Shown here piece after piece: positions 1 through 12,124 of a DNA stretch of 64,000 nt; within the stretch, counting starts at the first letter, position 1, and the number at the start of each line of letters is the position of its first letter. The position numbers were made by a program, and so were the translations under genes. Location of the stretch: positions 37,448,001-37,512,000 of the forward strand of contig OZ024742.1 in assembly GCA_964016885.1 (NCBI GenBank). The letters are read 5' to 3'. Below the pieces are notes generated by a model. The model was not told the origin of the DNA, did not search any database, and was given only the letters and a program-made list of their open reading frames with translations. This DNA comes from Eledone cirrhosa (Eukaryota).

Positions 1-54
1 CGGCAAATAGGAGAATATAGCTTAACGCTGGAGAATCTTTGGCAAGAAACATTA

Positions 55-206
55 TCTATGGCGTGTGGTATCTCAGTGAGTCGAGATGTGTGCTGCCCAC
101 ACGTGCCGAAACAAGGTTAAAGTCAAGTTGAAAAAAAATATTTCTATGGCGTGTTGTATCTCAGTGAGTCGAGATGTGTGCTGCCTACATGTGCCGAAAC
201 AAGGTT
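55..206 (+). repeat. 64-bp direct repeat, two copies (55-118, 143-206)
   Basis: TCTATGGCGTGT(G/T)GTATCTCAGTGAGTCGAGATGTGTGCTGCC...GCCGAAACAAGGTT occurs twice with ~3 mismatches. Confidence 0.9.
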
Positions 207-577
207 GTAGGCAGCCATTTTGAAAAAGTTGTGTGTGAACGTGATAATATGATGAAACAGAAAGAAAGGCTTCACTTGGTATAACAAATATGGCGAGTTC
301 AACTATTTTGTGAACGATGAAAAAAGCTTGGCGGAAAGAATAAGCAATAGTTGAGATTCAGCGAAATTTTCTGAAATGTGTAAAAAAAAAAAATCAAATT
401 TCTTTTTCATTTTTTTTTTTTTAAATGCTCGTTGTAAGAAGAAACGAAAAACATATATATACATTCAGTGAAATGCAACACTTAGTTGATGTACGACACA
501 TGCATGAGAGAAAAAGAGTGTCTGAACGAGAATTTCACATGTGCGTGTGTTCGTTTCTGTGTCTGCGTATTCTCCTA

Positions 578-870
578 TCATCATCATCATCATCATCAAC
601 GTTTAACGTCCGTGTTCCACGCTTGCATGGGTTTGGACGGGGGTAGTCCCACTTGAAGCAAGAGTGATTGTCTTGCTCGCATAGGACTGTCTGGCAGGTT
701 TTCTACAGTTGGATGCCCTTCCTAACACCAACCACATTTACAGTGTGGGTCTGGGAGGTTTTTACCGTGTTGCCTACACGGCCACATTACAGCGTGGACT
801 GTGTGTTTTTTTGTTGTGACACCTACACGATCTCATTTGTTTCGGCCTATGGCGCGGCACCAACATAACT
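578..870 (-). mobile_element. SINE/RTE-type 3' tail with (GAT)n end
   Basis: (CAT)n-CAACGTTTAACGTCCG...GGATGCCCTTCCTAACACCAACC; the same tail motif recurs at ~5150-5243, ~38210 and ~42870. Confidence 0.75.
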
Positions 871-964
871 TTACATAGGACGGGGTGGTGTGGATGGGGT
901 GGGGGTGGTGGTGGTGGGACGGGGTGTATTTTGTTAGAGATGCCTACTGGTTGGAGTAGGTTTT

Positions 965-1235
965 ACTATATATTTAGGTAAGGCGGGTCTTCTCTGTTAC
1001 TGAGTACCGCCAAAGGTCTCGGTCCAGTGACATTGTCTTGGAGAGGTGTAAGTGTGTGATGTCGGAGTTTATCAGCTCGTCCCAGGTTTTTCTAGGTCTG
1101 CCTATTCCGTGACTACCGTCTATCTTTATTGCCCTGCACTTTGTTATACAGCTATCGACTTTCATGCGCATCACGTGTCCATACCAACGTAGCCTTCTCT
1201 CGAGTAAACAACATCTGATCCCTCTTATCTCCTAG
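965..1235 (-). mobile_element. RTE-clade LINE, 3' end of ORF
   Basis: Translation ...RRLRWYGHVMRM...GRPRKTWDE...DRDLWR, typical of the RTE C-terminus. Confidence 0.85.
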
Positions 1236-1356
1236 TTTGTTAATAAAGTTTGCTGCGTATTCGAAATGTTGGTCGACACATTCCAACAAAAATGGGATAC
1301 TGCTAATCAATTTTTTATATATATTCACACAACACCAGATCCTATCATTTTTTTCT

Positions 1357-1774
1357 CGGGGTCACCACTTATAACAAAATACTGGTGTGTATGAATATAA
1401 CAAGACACTAGGTTGTGTATATAATGTTTAATTAACAAGTTGAAGTTATGTAGTATAGAATTGTTGACATGTCAAGAGTAGATGAAATATGAAGTAAAGT
1501 TATTTGTTACTGTTTTGAAGTTAGCTCGCAAAAGACCATGTTAGGGTTGCCAGAGAGTAGAGACTCGGCGAACGCGCCTGGCCAAAGGCCAGCAGCTGAA
1601 AGGGCAGATGAGAGAGAGATTGCTCTGAGTATCCCTTTTATAGGGTCTCAAGACGGAAGTGACAAAAAGGGTTCTGCCACCCCAATGGGAAGTAACTCCA
1701 GCTACTTCCTGTCTAGAGAGCGTTAATCTATTGGTGATGTGATCGTCACAACAAGGGAGGCAACTCTTGCTACA
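1357..1774 (-). mobile_element. LTR with tRNA-Trp-type primer-binding site
   Basis: On the - strand it begins TGTAGC (1774). TGGTGACCCCG PBS at 1367-1357. Carries the GGCC-rich core shared with other LTRs in the window. Confidence 0.6.
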
Positions 1775-1807
1775 TATATTATATATATGAAAGAAAGAGA
1801 GATTTAT

Positions 1808-2030
1808 GAAGGCGCATGGCTGAGTGGTTAGAGAATTGGATTCGCAATCATGAGGTTGTTAATTTGATTCCCGGACCGAGTGATGCATTATGTCCTTGAG
1901 CAAGACACTTTATTTCATGTCGCTCCTTCTGCCTGGATTTGCCTAGAAAGACCAATGGAAACATTGTTTCCTTGGTCTGGTTTGCTGAGCTCAACTCAGC
2001 TCATTAAGCGAATGAGGTCAGGGATCTTGT
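1808..2030 (+). mobile_element. tRNA-derived SINE
   Basis: A-box TGGCTGAGTGG, B-box-like TTGATTCCC, core TCCTTGAGCAAGACACTT. Confidence 0.75.
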
Positions 2031-2189
2031 CAATAGATAGAGAGAGAGAATAAGCATACAGTGTTTAAACTAGCAAAATCTGTCCTTTAATATTTAAATA
2101 ATGAGAATGATGCAAAAGATTGAAACTATTGTAAGTATTTTGCAAAGAACAAAGTGGTTAATGCAATATTTCACAATAATTGAGGAATT

Positions 2190-2900
2190 TAAAATTCCAT
2201 CTTAATTGCATAATCCTTGCACACTTCATGTCCACAAAACCCTTCCACTTTTTCTTGACCAGAGCAATCCTTTTCAATGTGAGCAATAGTATTCTAGTGT
2301 CTTTTCATCTCATTCCTGATGCTCTAGTAAGTTGTTTAAAGCAGAGTCTTCATGTTGAACAAGGTGTTCAGATGTTTTTGAAAGTACTCTTTCCATAGGT
2401 AAAAAATCTCACTTTTCAAGATGTGTTTCTTCCTATGTGAATCTTTGATAGCAGGCAATGACTTTTCAGGTTTCTCTTCTAAGTCTCTAACAGTTTTGAA
2501 CAAATTATGACTGTCATGCTTTTTAAAATCTTTCTCTAATTTTCTCACCTTCTTTTCAAGCTCATTTAGTTTCTGATTTTTCACACCATTTTTTACCAAT
2601 TTGTTTAGTTTTCTGTACTCTCCAGCATGAGTGTCTGATGATTTAATATTTCAAAAATTCAATCTTTACCTTTTTTCTCTGTTGGCATAGCTGAATAAGT
2701 GCTGGAATCATGTTTTCCACATTTTTCCTTCTTTTAAAGCCAACAATTCCTTTGGTAACCTCAATCGTGACAGTCTTAAATTGTTTTGGCAGCTATCCTT
2801 ACATTGAGTTTTTCTTATTATTTTATAAATTCTAATACACTCATGCCTCAACTCGATCTTCGAGAAAACTTTGTTTACATTTTTATCACAGCTATAAGTA
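2190..2900 (-). mobile_element. degenerate RTE-like LINE fragment
   Basis: ORF 2336-2599 (...LFKTVRDL...WKEYFQKHLN) resembles the EN-RT linker of RTE elements. Confidence 0.55.
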
Positions 2901-3713
2901 GCTTTCTATTCTAGACAAATACCCTGGCTTGAAATTTGTTGACCCTTTCTTTCCTTCTTTGCTTTGCCTCCTCCCTTTTTCGTTCATTCTTTCTCTCTTT
3001 TCTCTTCTTGCTGCTTCTTCTCTTCTCTCTAGGTCTTGTCCTTTCTTGCTGTGACTTGATGCCGAACAGATGCTTCTTACTTCTCTCCCTCTTATCTATC
3101 TGTCTGTCTATCTAATTTGTTCGCTTTATCAAACATACATCATACAAGCAGAAATACATATTTTCTGTTGCACAAGCTGGCAATTATATGTAATCCCTTC
3201 CAATTTAAATCATACGAAACTTCATTCCGGTAGGAGGGCTAATGATGTAATATGATGTTTGTGTGATTTTGTCTCGTTCGTTTTCATTTTCTCCCTTTTA
3301 CTTCCTTTGCTTCTCTCTCCCTATCACTTCTAGCCACTTATTCCTGTCTTTTGAGGCAAGATTTTACCTGATGCTATCATTGATGGCATTTTGCTGTTTT
3401 GGCAGCTATCCTTGCATTGAGTTTTTCTCATTATTCTATAAATATATATCTATACACACACAAAGAGAGAGATGGATGGATAGACACATAGATATAGATA
3501 CATAGGTATCTCTTTCTCTCTCTCTCTCTCTGTCTCTCTCTATAAATATATATATATGTATATATATTTAAGAGTTAAACAAGATTCAATGAATACATCA
3601 AAGAATGAGTTTTACAATAGATTGGAAGCACTCTACAGTAAAAAATGTTTTCAAAATGTTTAAAAAATATTAATTCAAAATATTAACAAAATAGATATTC
3701 TTGTGATCAATTA

Positions 3714-3780
3714 TATTTTATTATACATATTTCAGAGGTACTGAATTAAGTTCAACAGTACGTCCTCATCAGATAAAATA
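3714..3780 (-). ncRNA. type I hammerhead ribozyme (inverted copy)
   Basis: Reverse complement of 4085-4151, differing at one stem II loop base. Confidence 0.7.
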
Positions 3781-4084
3781 AAATGATACATGACATACCC
3801 TCAAGCCACATACTAAATATATCATCACATCAGCTGTTTCTTCCTCTATGTTTTCCTTTCCCTCCTCTTTCTCTAGTAGTTTTTAAAAATTAAAAGATTT
3901 TATAACTGTTATATTGATGCCATGTATTTTTTTAAATATATTACTCACACCCTCTCTATTGTTTGTATTACGTTATCTCATGTTCTCAATATTAGGGTAT
4001 AAATATTGAGTTTTGCCATAAGTTAATCACTACCTTGATTAAATCTTAACCATCTACCATGTCAGGGTATGTCATGTATCATTT

Positions 4085-4151
4085 TATTTTATCTGATGAG
4101 GACGTACTGTTCAACTTAATTCAGTACCTCTGAAATATGTATAATAAAATA
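4085..4151 (+). ncRNA. type I hammerhead ribozyme (Penelope-type)
   Basis: Stem I UAUUUUAU/AUAAAAUA; CUGAUGA at 4093; stem II GGACGUACUG/CAGUACCUCU; GAAA at 4132; short stem III; AUA site ending 4143. Confidence 0.7.
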
Positions 4152-4307
4152 TAATTGATCACAAGAATATCTATTTTGTTAATATTTTGACCTGTGTGAA
4201 ATTCTTTTCTCGCGCGTCCTGGTCAAGCTGGTATGATATTTTTTTTCTCTCTCTCTTTCGTCTGCGACTTCACAAAACTTATGTTTACCGAATTCGTAGA
4301 CCAGACC

Positions 4308-4479
4308 CTTCTTCTTCTTCTTCTTCTTCTTCTTCTTCTTCTTCTTCTTCTTCTTCTTCTTCTTCTTCTTCTTCTTCTTCTTCTTCTTCTTCTTCTTCTT
4401 CTTCTTCTTCTTCTTCTTCTTCTTCTTCTTCTTCTTCTTCTTCTTCTTCTTCTTCTTCTTCTTCTTCTTCTTCTTCTTC
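4308..4479 (+). repeat. (CTT)n microsatellite
   Basis: Pure CTT array of ~57 units. Confidence 0.98.
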
Positions 4480-4814
4480 CTCTTCCCCCCCGTTAGACTT
4501 GTGCGAAATTCCTTCCTTTCTCACATTTCAACCAGGTTTGATGGTCTTTTGTCTCTTGTTCACGATTTCACCGAGTTTATATTCATAGAGATCTGGGACT
4601 TGTCTATTTCTTCTCACTTTCCGTTGCTTAAACCATTTTGTCTGTTACCCTAACGTCCCCTTTATTTACGTGTCCCAACGACTTTTTTTAGCCGTTGTTC
4701 GCACCAACCTGAGGCATATGGCCCTTAAAGCGATGAAATGCCTGGGACGGTTGGAGGGTCACTGATGAAGGACTCACTTTTTCATATGCACCACCATTTG
4801 CAACGCGCAGCCAT

Positions 4815-4816
<2 letters not shown>

Positions 4817-4906
<90 letters not shown>
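4817..4906. repeat. (AT)n microsatellite
   Basis: Pure AT array. Confidence 0.98.
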
Positions 4907-4908
<2 letters not shown>

Positions 4909-5243
4909 AGGCACATTGCTTAGTGGTTAGAGCATTGGCCTTGCAATCGAAAGGTTGTGAGTTCAATTCTCAGACCGGGTGATGTGTTGTTTCCTTGAGC
5001 AAGACACTTTATTTCACATTGCTCCAGTTTACTCAGCTGTAGAAATGAGATGATAGGGACTGGGTTCCCTATCATTCCACTGCAAAGTGGACGTGTAGGT
5101 GCCACGGCAAAAAAGCACCCACCACTCACTGTAAATGAGGTTGGTGTTAGGAAGGGCATCCAGCTGTAGAAATCAAGCCAGAATCAGTTCTCGTCCCACC
5201 CTTGCAAGCAGGGAAAAGCGGATGTGAAATGATGAAATGATGA
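4907..5243 (+). mobile_element. full-length young tRNA-SINE with RTE-derived tail
   Basis: tRNA-like head, TCCTTGAGCAAGACACTT core and GCAGGGAAAAGCGGATG...GATGA tail. Near-identical inverted copy at 42866-43208. Confidence 0.85.
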
Positions 5244-6396
5244 TATATATATATATATATATATAAATTGTTGTGAGCGTGAAGCCAACAGTATTTCATA
5301 ATATATAAGTGACTATAACGTCAAAATGGAAAAATAGTTAACGTAAGATGTGGGAAATAATTCAAACTCAATTAAAAAAAAAAACAAGTCATAGATTAAT
5401 CCATAGAATTTTGTGAAATCCAGAGAAAAATCAATAAGTTGATAAGAAGGCAGAAAGCTGTATATATATATATATTTTTTTTTTTTTTCCCAACCTTCCA
5501 ACTTCTTTTTTCTCTGAACTTTGTTCATTCCTGATGAAGGATTAATGTCCAATAATTGAAATATTAATTTATTTTATTTTCCAACAAACATAAAACTAAT
5601 AAAATTTTGTGTTATTGCATCTCTGAGTCCATCTTATTATTCTTGAACTATATCTATCTATCTACTCTCTCTCTCTCTCTATATATATATATATTTTTTT
5701 TTTTCTCTAAGTACCTCACCCGGGGCACTAACGTTTTTTCCAGACTGGGAAATTATGTCCTTGAGCAAGGCACTTTATTTCACGTTGCTCCTTCTACCTG
5801 GAGTTGCAACCAATAGATAGTATTAGCAATTGGAAAGATCAATAGAAACGTTGTTTCCTTGGTCCGATTTGACAAAAGTCGATTGACTGTCAATATATAT
5901 ATTGGGTGGAGGGGGTGAGAGCAGACCTCAGATCGCTGAAGCTCATAGAGGAGATAACAAGGGACCGTGACGAATGGAGAGATTCCATGTTTAATAAGAC
6001 CCTTCCCACCCTTGCAAGCAAGGAAAAGCGGACGTAATATGATGATAATCATGATGATATATATATACACACACACACACTTGATGGGCTTCAGCAGTTG
6101 CTGCCTGCCAAATTCCATTCATGAGGCATGGATCAAAATAATATATGAATTTTGTCTGACATCAAAATTGCAACATGCTTGTTGGATAAAATATTTGGCT
6201 ACTGCTAGCACTTTTTCAGATATTCATAACAAATCACATACATTCAGATTGTTTTCTCACACACACAGACATGCATCCCTAGTTTTATTTATCCGGTTTT
6301 GCTCATTTTTATTGTCATTGTGCATGCTCAACTGGAAGATTCTAGGCTTCAGATGGAAAGAATTCCCATAATATTAATAAGATATGTACATTTCAG

Positions 6397-6466
6397 GGTT
6401 CACCCTATCCACCTGGGCTCAATTGAGGCAACTGAAATATTTCAAGACAGAACCAAGTACAAAGTG
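6397..6466 (+). CDS. SLC26: SLC26 anion transporter exon (TM-STAS linker); earlier exons not found in window
   Basis: tttcAG|...|GTatgt, 70 bp; encodes xVHPIHLGSIEATEIFQDRTKYKV, matching the SLC26 LG.I..T.IY.D...Y linker. Confidence 0.8.
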
Positions 6467-6559
6467 GTATGTATATATATATATATATATTTATGTATGT
6501 GTGTGTATAAATCATTATCATCATTTTACATCTGTTTTTTCATGCTTGCATGGGTTAGA

Positions 6560-6995
6560 TGAGTCTTCCAGCACAGCATTTCTCCACTCATTTCTTTATC
6601 ATCTCCATTATGATCTTTTGAAGTTGAGTTCAGCTCTTACCACCTCTGTCCAAGTATTCCTTGGTTTTGCTCTACTGCAGCTTAATTCTACTGGGATATC
6701 TTGGCACTTCTTCACCCAACAATCATCATCTATACACGTCACATGCCTACACAAGCACAATGGTCTCTCTTGCACAACACATCTGATTCCTCATATACCC
6801 AGGGTTTTTTTCAGCTCATCCATACTTCATCTTTCATGCACATTAGCATCATATATCCATCAAAGCATGCTCATTTCATTTCTCTCCAGCCTTTGCATAT
6901 TCTCTTCATTCACTGCCCATATCTCACTACCATGCAACATCACACATAGGCAGTTTTAATTTGTAGAGAGAAACCTGTTGTCAACAGGAGTAATA
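6560..6995 (-). mobile_element. RTE LINE 3' fragment
   Basis: Degenerate RTE C-terminal coding sequence plus (GAT)n tail on the - strand. Confidence 0.6.
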
Positions 6996-6999
6996 GCTC

Positions 7000-7429
7000 T
7001 GTAGTGTTCTACATTCCGCGGGCTCACATACATTCTCTGTGCGTGATTTGGCTCAGCTCAGCCAATCAGCGCCAGTAGAAGAGAATGTATCCCTACGCAC
7101 CCTGAGGGAGAAATTCCCGCTTTGATTTGAGAAATCTGTCTCTCGCATCCTGACTGTAAAACGGTAAACAACTAACTTTCTTTCGTCGGGAAATCACTAA
7201 CCAACATGTAACACAACAATTTAACCATGGCCTGGCAACACTTCAGCCAGTGGACCGTGCCTTCTGAAATCCTTAATTCATTTGCTTTATTACTCTTGGT
7301 ATGCCTGCTCTACTCATCTCTACATAGCTCAACCTTGTTAATAAATAATGTAAAACAAGCCAAAGTCGTTGTCGATGATGTTCTTACCACATCTTTCTAC
7401 AGAACTGGTCACTCGTGGCACTACTAACA
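7000..7429 (+). mobile_element. solo LTR
   Basis: Starts TGTAGTG. 7020-7140 is clearly homologous to the LTR at 50581 (ATACATTCTC...TTGGCTCAGCTC.GCCAATC...GAGAATGTATC). 3' end approximate. Confidence 0.65.
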
Positions 7430-7514
7430 GTAACACATCTTTAAACTGTTAAGTTGCTATGCTCTTAGAGCAACCTCCTCCACTGCTAATTAGATGACTG
7501 AGAGTTATTAGCTG

Positions 7515-7780
7515 GCTGCTGTTGATGATGGTGGTGATGCTATTGTTGCTGTTGTTACTACTGTTGGTGGTGGTGGTGCTACTGTTGTTGTTGGTGGTGG
7601 TGGTGGTGGTGCTACTGTTGTTGGTGGCGGTGGTGCTGCTGCTGTTGTTGGTGGTAGTGGTGCTACTGTTGTTGTTGGTGGTGGTGCTACTGTTGTTGTT
7701 GGTGGTGGTGGTGGTGGTGCTGTTGTTGGTGGTGGTGGTGGTGGTGGTGCTGCTGTTGTTGGTGGCAGTGGTCGTGCTAC

Positions 7781-7811
<31 letters not shown>

Positions 7812-8786
7812 GCTACTGTTGTTGTTGTTGGTGGTGGTGGTGGTGCTGCTGCTGTTGTTGGTGGTGGTGCTGCTGCTGTTGTTGGTGGCAGTGGTCGTGC
7901 TACTGTTGTTGTTGTTGTTGGTGGTGGTGGTGCTACTGTTGTTGTTGTTGGTGGTGGTGGTGGTGCTGCTGTTGGTGGTGGTGGTGCTGCTGTTGTTGTT
8001 GTTGGTGGTGGTGGTGGTGCTGCTGTTGTTGATGGCAGTGGTTGTGCTACTGTTGTTGTTGTTGTTGGTGGTGGTGCTGCTGTTGTTGTTGGTGGTGCTG
8101 CTGTTGGTGGTGGTGCTGCTGTTGTTGGTGGCAGTGGTCGTGCTACTGTTGTTGTTGTTGGTGGTGGTGCTACTGCTGTTGTTGGTGGTGGTGGTGGTGG
8201 TGGTGCTGTTGTTGGTGGTGGTGGTGGTGGTGGTGGTGGTGGTGGTGCTGCTGTTGTTGGTGGCAGTGGTAGTGCTACTTTTGTTGGTGGTGGTGGTCCT
8301 GCTGTTGTTGGTGGTGGTGGTGCTGCTGTTGTTGGTGGCAGTGGTAGTGCTACTTTTGTTGGTGGTGGTGGTGCTGCTGTTGTTGGTGGTGGTGGTGGTG
8401 GTGCTACTGTTGTTGTTGTTGGTGGTGGTGCTACTGTTGTTGTTGGTGGTGGTGGTGGTGCTACTGTTGTTGTTGGTGGTGGTGGTGGTGGTGGTGCTGC
8501 TGTTGTTGGTGGCAGTGGTCATGCTACTTTTGTTGGTGGTGCTGCTGTTGTTGGTGGTGGTGGTGCTACTGTTGTTGTTGGTGGTGGTGGTGGTGGTGGT
8601 GCTGCTGCTGCTGCTGCTGTTGTTGGTGGTGGTGGTGCTACTGTTGTTGTTGTTGGTGGTGTGTGCTACTGTTGTTCGTGGTGGTGGTGGTGCTACTGTT
8701 GTTGTTGGTGGTGGTGCTGCTGCTGCTGCTGTTGTTGTCGGTGGTGGTGGTGGTGCTACTGTTGTTGGTGATGGTGGTGGTGCTAC

Positions 8787-8817
<31 letters not shown>

Positions 8818-8962
8818 GGTGCTGCTGTTGTTGGTGGTGGTGGTGCTACTGTTGTTGTTGTTGGTGGTGTGTGCTACTGTTGTTGGTGGCAGTGGTGGTG
8901 GTGGTGGTGGTGCTACTGTTGTTGTTGGTGCTCCTACTGTTGTTGGTGCTCCTAGTGTTGTG

Positions 8963-8994
<32 letters not shown>

Positions 8995-9078
8995 GGTGTT
9001 GCTGTTACAATTGCTGCTGTTGTTGTTTGTGGTGGTGGTGGTTGTGGTGTTGCTATAATTGCTACTGTTGTTGTTGAT
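7515..9078. repeat. compound trinucleotide repeat (GTG/TTG/CTG)n, ~1.55 kb, intronic
   Basis: Low-complexity array; explains the spurious poly-V/L and poly-T/N/S ORFs. Confidence 0.95.
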
Positions 9079-9539
9079 ATCTGAAGGTTGTTTCTTTTGT
9101 GCCCTCCTCATCACCATTAACATTATCATTAATAATTTTACCTATAATGGCTGTCTGAGGCAGACCACCTCTACCTATGTAAAGTCAGCAATGCCCATGC
9201 AGAATTTTAGGTCCAATGCAGCTTGCACAACACCTCATGGATCCTCTTTGCCAGATGTGCAAGATTACCAACAAGCCAGTGTATGATTTCAGATGTAGAA
9301 CCCAAGCTCAGGAGTGTGGGGGGCATCATAATCTTCAGTTGGAAGCATTATTCCCTTTAATTTTCCTAAACCACTGAATAGAATGACTGATACTTTAAAC
9401 AAAAATATTTTAAATTCAAAGTTACTATGTGGTTCCATTTTGTTGTGTATAGCAACATTTTGATGTGTATGGAAATGTTTCAATGTGTGTGGCAAAGGTT
9501 CTTACAAAAAACTTTGATGGAAAAACATACACCTTTGAA

Positions 9540-9575
9540 AAGTTGTAGTGCACCTGAGCACTTTACACAATAATT

Positions 9576-9618
<43 letters not shown>
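9540..9618 (+). mobile_element. CR1/L2-like LINE extreme 3' tail with (ATT)n
   Basis: AGTTGTAGTGCACCTGAGCACT...(ATT)n; same tail as at ~11265 and ~18690. Confidence 0.75.
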
Positions 9619-9620
<2 letters not shown>

Positions 9621-9910
9621 TTCGAATGAAAACAGTGTCTATGATTTTGAAATAATTTTGAAAAGAATTTGGAGAGATTTAGTAAAAGAACTAACTTTTT
9701 CATCATTAAGATGGTGTTTGGAACATAACTTAACAAAGATTCTTACATAAAACATATGATAGAAGGTTTTTAGATAAATATAAGCACTTTAAAATAAGCA
9801 GCTTAAAACCATAGGTCCATGGGGTGGTTTCAGGCAGTTTGATGTCAAAGATTTTAAACATTTGAGAACAGATTAATTCATGTTTGATTTCTATTTCATC
9901 TTCTAAACAG

Positions 9911-10051
9911 ACAACACCACAGACTCCAGTGATCATTCTGTCTTACCCTTCACCATTATATTATGCTAATGTTGAAGTTTTCCAGAATAAAGTTAAAGAG
10001 AAATTTGATAATTTTAACAGGGTATTAAAGAGCACGGCTGAAAGTAAAAAT
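9911..10051 (+). CDS. SLC26: SLC26 exon (STAS N-terminal part)
   Basis: aacAG|...|GTaagt, 141 bp, phase 0/0; TTPQTPVIILSYPSPLYYANVEVFQNKV carries the SPLY.AN STAS motif. Confidence 0.9.
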
Positions 10052-10409
10052 GTAAGTGGAACACATCCCTATTTTATTGTCTATAGGTAGATGATAGAAT
10101 GATAATATTTATAGATAATGGAAATGGTAACGATTCAATTTTCTTGCTAATGTAGTTTGTTAATTCAAATGTTTATAGTATCTTTTTTAGTGCATTATTA
10201 AAGAAAAAAAAATTAATTCCAAATGTGAGGCAGCTATAATGTTGTTTTATACTTTTTAAGAATGTCTTACTAATGAGGTTTCGTTATTAAGCTCATCATC
10301 AAGTCTTTTTGGGATAATGCTTTATGACCATATACCCTTCCTGGTACCAACTCTTTTAGTTTTGTGTTACTACATGCAAAGATATGGGGTACCTATTCTA
10401 AACTGGTTA

Positions 10410-10705
10410 CACACGAATGCAGACGTCAATGGCAATAAATTTAGTGATTAATGTTATGGAGAGAAATAGAAAGTGATGTTGAAGAAGGATGAAAGGAACT
10501 GAGTGAGAGGAGTGATTGAGATAAATGTGGAAGGAAGTAGAGGAAAATAAAGACCAAGAAAGACATGGATAAAGATGGTGGAGGAGAAAATTAAAATCAG
10601 TGGGTTGCTGAGAGGGATGTAAATGATACGGCAAAGGGGAGAAGCTTGTCATGGGCCTCACAAGACTGACCCCAGCTTTAGCAGGAAAAATGGCATTAAA
10701 ATTTG
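10410..10705 (+). mobile_element. RTE LINE 3' end
   Basis: Degenerate VEGSRGK.RPRKTW coding sequence followed by a GACCCCAGCTTTAGCAGGAAAA tail. Confidence 0.6.
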
Positions 10706-10718
10706 TTCTTCTTTATAG

Positions 10719-10823
10719 ATAAACACTGACTCCATATGTGAGGAATTAGCGCAAAACTTTGTCATCATAGACTGCTCTGCTATTTGCTTCATCGATGCAA
10801 TGGGTGCCAAAGCATTAAAACAG
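10719..10823 (+). CDS. SLC26: SLC26 exon (STAS core)
   Basis: tatAG|...|GTgagc, 105 bp; INTDSICEELAQNFVIIDCSAICFIDAMGAKALKQ carries the STAS IxDxSxxxFIDxxG motif. Confidence 0.93.
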
Positions 10824-10887
10824 GTGAGCTTTATATTCTGTTGGGAAAACAGTTTATTCTTTTCTTTGTTTCAGTCATTAAACTGCA

Positions 10888-11310
10888 GCCATGGTAAACA
10901 CCTACAAAATTATTAACCATCTTGCCAACAACATCCCTGAGCACCTTTTTGAATTCCATGTGTCTAACACCCATGGGCATGCCTACAAAGTCAGAAAACA
11001 ACACAGCTCCCATGACTTTCGGAAACATTTTTTCATGCTCAATGTTGCTGAAGCATGTAACAAACTACCTGCATCAGTTGTTAGCTGCTGGGACACTGCA
11101 TCCTTTAAAACCTCCATGCTTCCCGAAATTTGCCAACACTACACCTGATATTCCCCTTCCATACACATACACACATGTATCTGTGTGTATATCATGACTC
11201 ATACACTGTTCACTTTCCTGACATTTGTACACTATTCTATAACTATACATGCATCTTTGACCAGTTGTAGTGCACCTGAGCACTGTACACAATGATTTCA
11301 TTATTATTAA
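10888..11310 (+). mobile_element. CR1/L2-like LINE 3' fragment
   Basis: YKIINHL...THGHAYKV...FF...ACNKLP; homologous to 18690-19070. Confidence 0.85.
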
Positions 11311-11446
11311 TAGTAGTATAATTTTATGAACGTTATCTTAGTAATGAAATAATTAATGATTTTAGTAAATCTGTCAAAAAGTGTATTTCATGAGAAATAT
11401 GGCCATGAAAGGGCTAAACTTATTTAAACCTATTATTTTATTACAG

Positions 11447-11501
11447 CTCTTTCTGGATGCCAAACAACAAAGTGTCTCCTGTTTATTTTCATGTACAAAC
11501 G
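11447..11501 (+). CDS. SLC26: SLC26 exon (STAS)
   Basis: ttacAG|...|GTcagt, 55 bp; LFLDAKQQSVSCLFSCTN; phase compatible with neighbouring exons. Confidence 0.85.
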
Positions 11502-12124
11502 GTCAGTGAACTTCCTCACACCATTATATTTTTAAAACACCCTACTACCACCACCATCAAAATTTTACTTTAATCCTTTTGAGACTAACCCATCTGAAAC
11601 CAGTTCTTATAATAAAAAGCCTCAAATTGTAATATTCATATTTAAATTAAATCTTTCTATTATAATTTTAAATAAGTACTTTTTGTAAAGATATGTTAAT
11701 AATGAAATATAATGAAAAGTCATAATAATAATGAAAAGTCAGATATTTTATTAAATTTTTCCAGCTTCTTGCTTGTTTTCAAAATTCATTATAACATGAA
11801 TAGTATATTTTGTCATAAGAAGTGAAGGGATCTACCTTTGTTTCTCCACACGTTTCCAGACTGAATCTCCCTGCTTGATGCTCTCCAGTTTCACATCTGG
11901 TCAAAGAACATAGCAAAACTCACACACTCATTCACACTAGTTATTACAAGACGTCCATAATGCTGCCCATGGATCAAGAGAGAGAAACAACCTGCACTTC
12001 CGATGATGTCACTGACCCCTCACTTCCAGCAAGACCTTCCCTTCATTTCTGGCTCCCTAACCCCACATATTTCATTAGAACTATGGTAACAAAACGGTTA
12101 ATGATATTTGTTTTACAATTGCAG

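Larger units (their letters stand above)
3675..4190. repeat. 127-bp inverted repeat (3675-3801 / 4064-4190), Penelope pLTR-like
   Basis: The arms are reverse complements with one mismatch, and each carries a hammerhead core. Confidence 0.9.

Noticed and set aside
4187-4588. Poly-S, poly-L and poly-E ORFs
   Set aside because: Translations of the (CTT)n microsatellite.
4700-4790. Possible hammerhead (CTGAGGC...GAAA; CTGATGA at 4762)
   Set aside because: The first has a mutated core and no NUH site; the second has no downstream GAAA or stem II.
4907-4980. tRNA gene
   Set aside because: tRNA-like head of a SINE, continuing into core and LINE tail, with no proper acceptor stem or terminator.
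5531-5575. CTGATGA...GAAA hammerhead-like string
   Set aside because: Stems I and III do not form; at best a decayed relic.
7449-9129. Long 357-aa and 477-aa ORFs
   Set aside because: Products of a stop-free triplet repeat inside an SLC26 intron.
9211-9280. Alternative SLC26 exon candidate (ttttAG...GT)
   Set aside because: Weak donor and poorer motif match than 6397-6466; kept only as a possibility.
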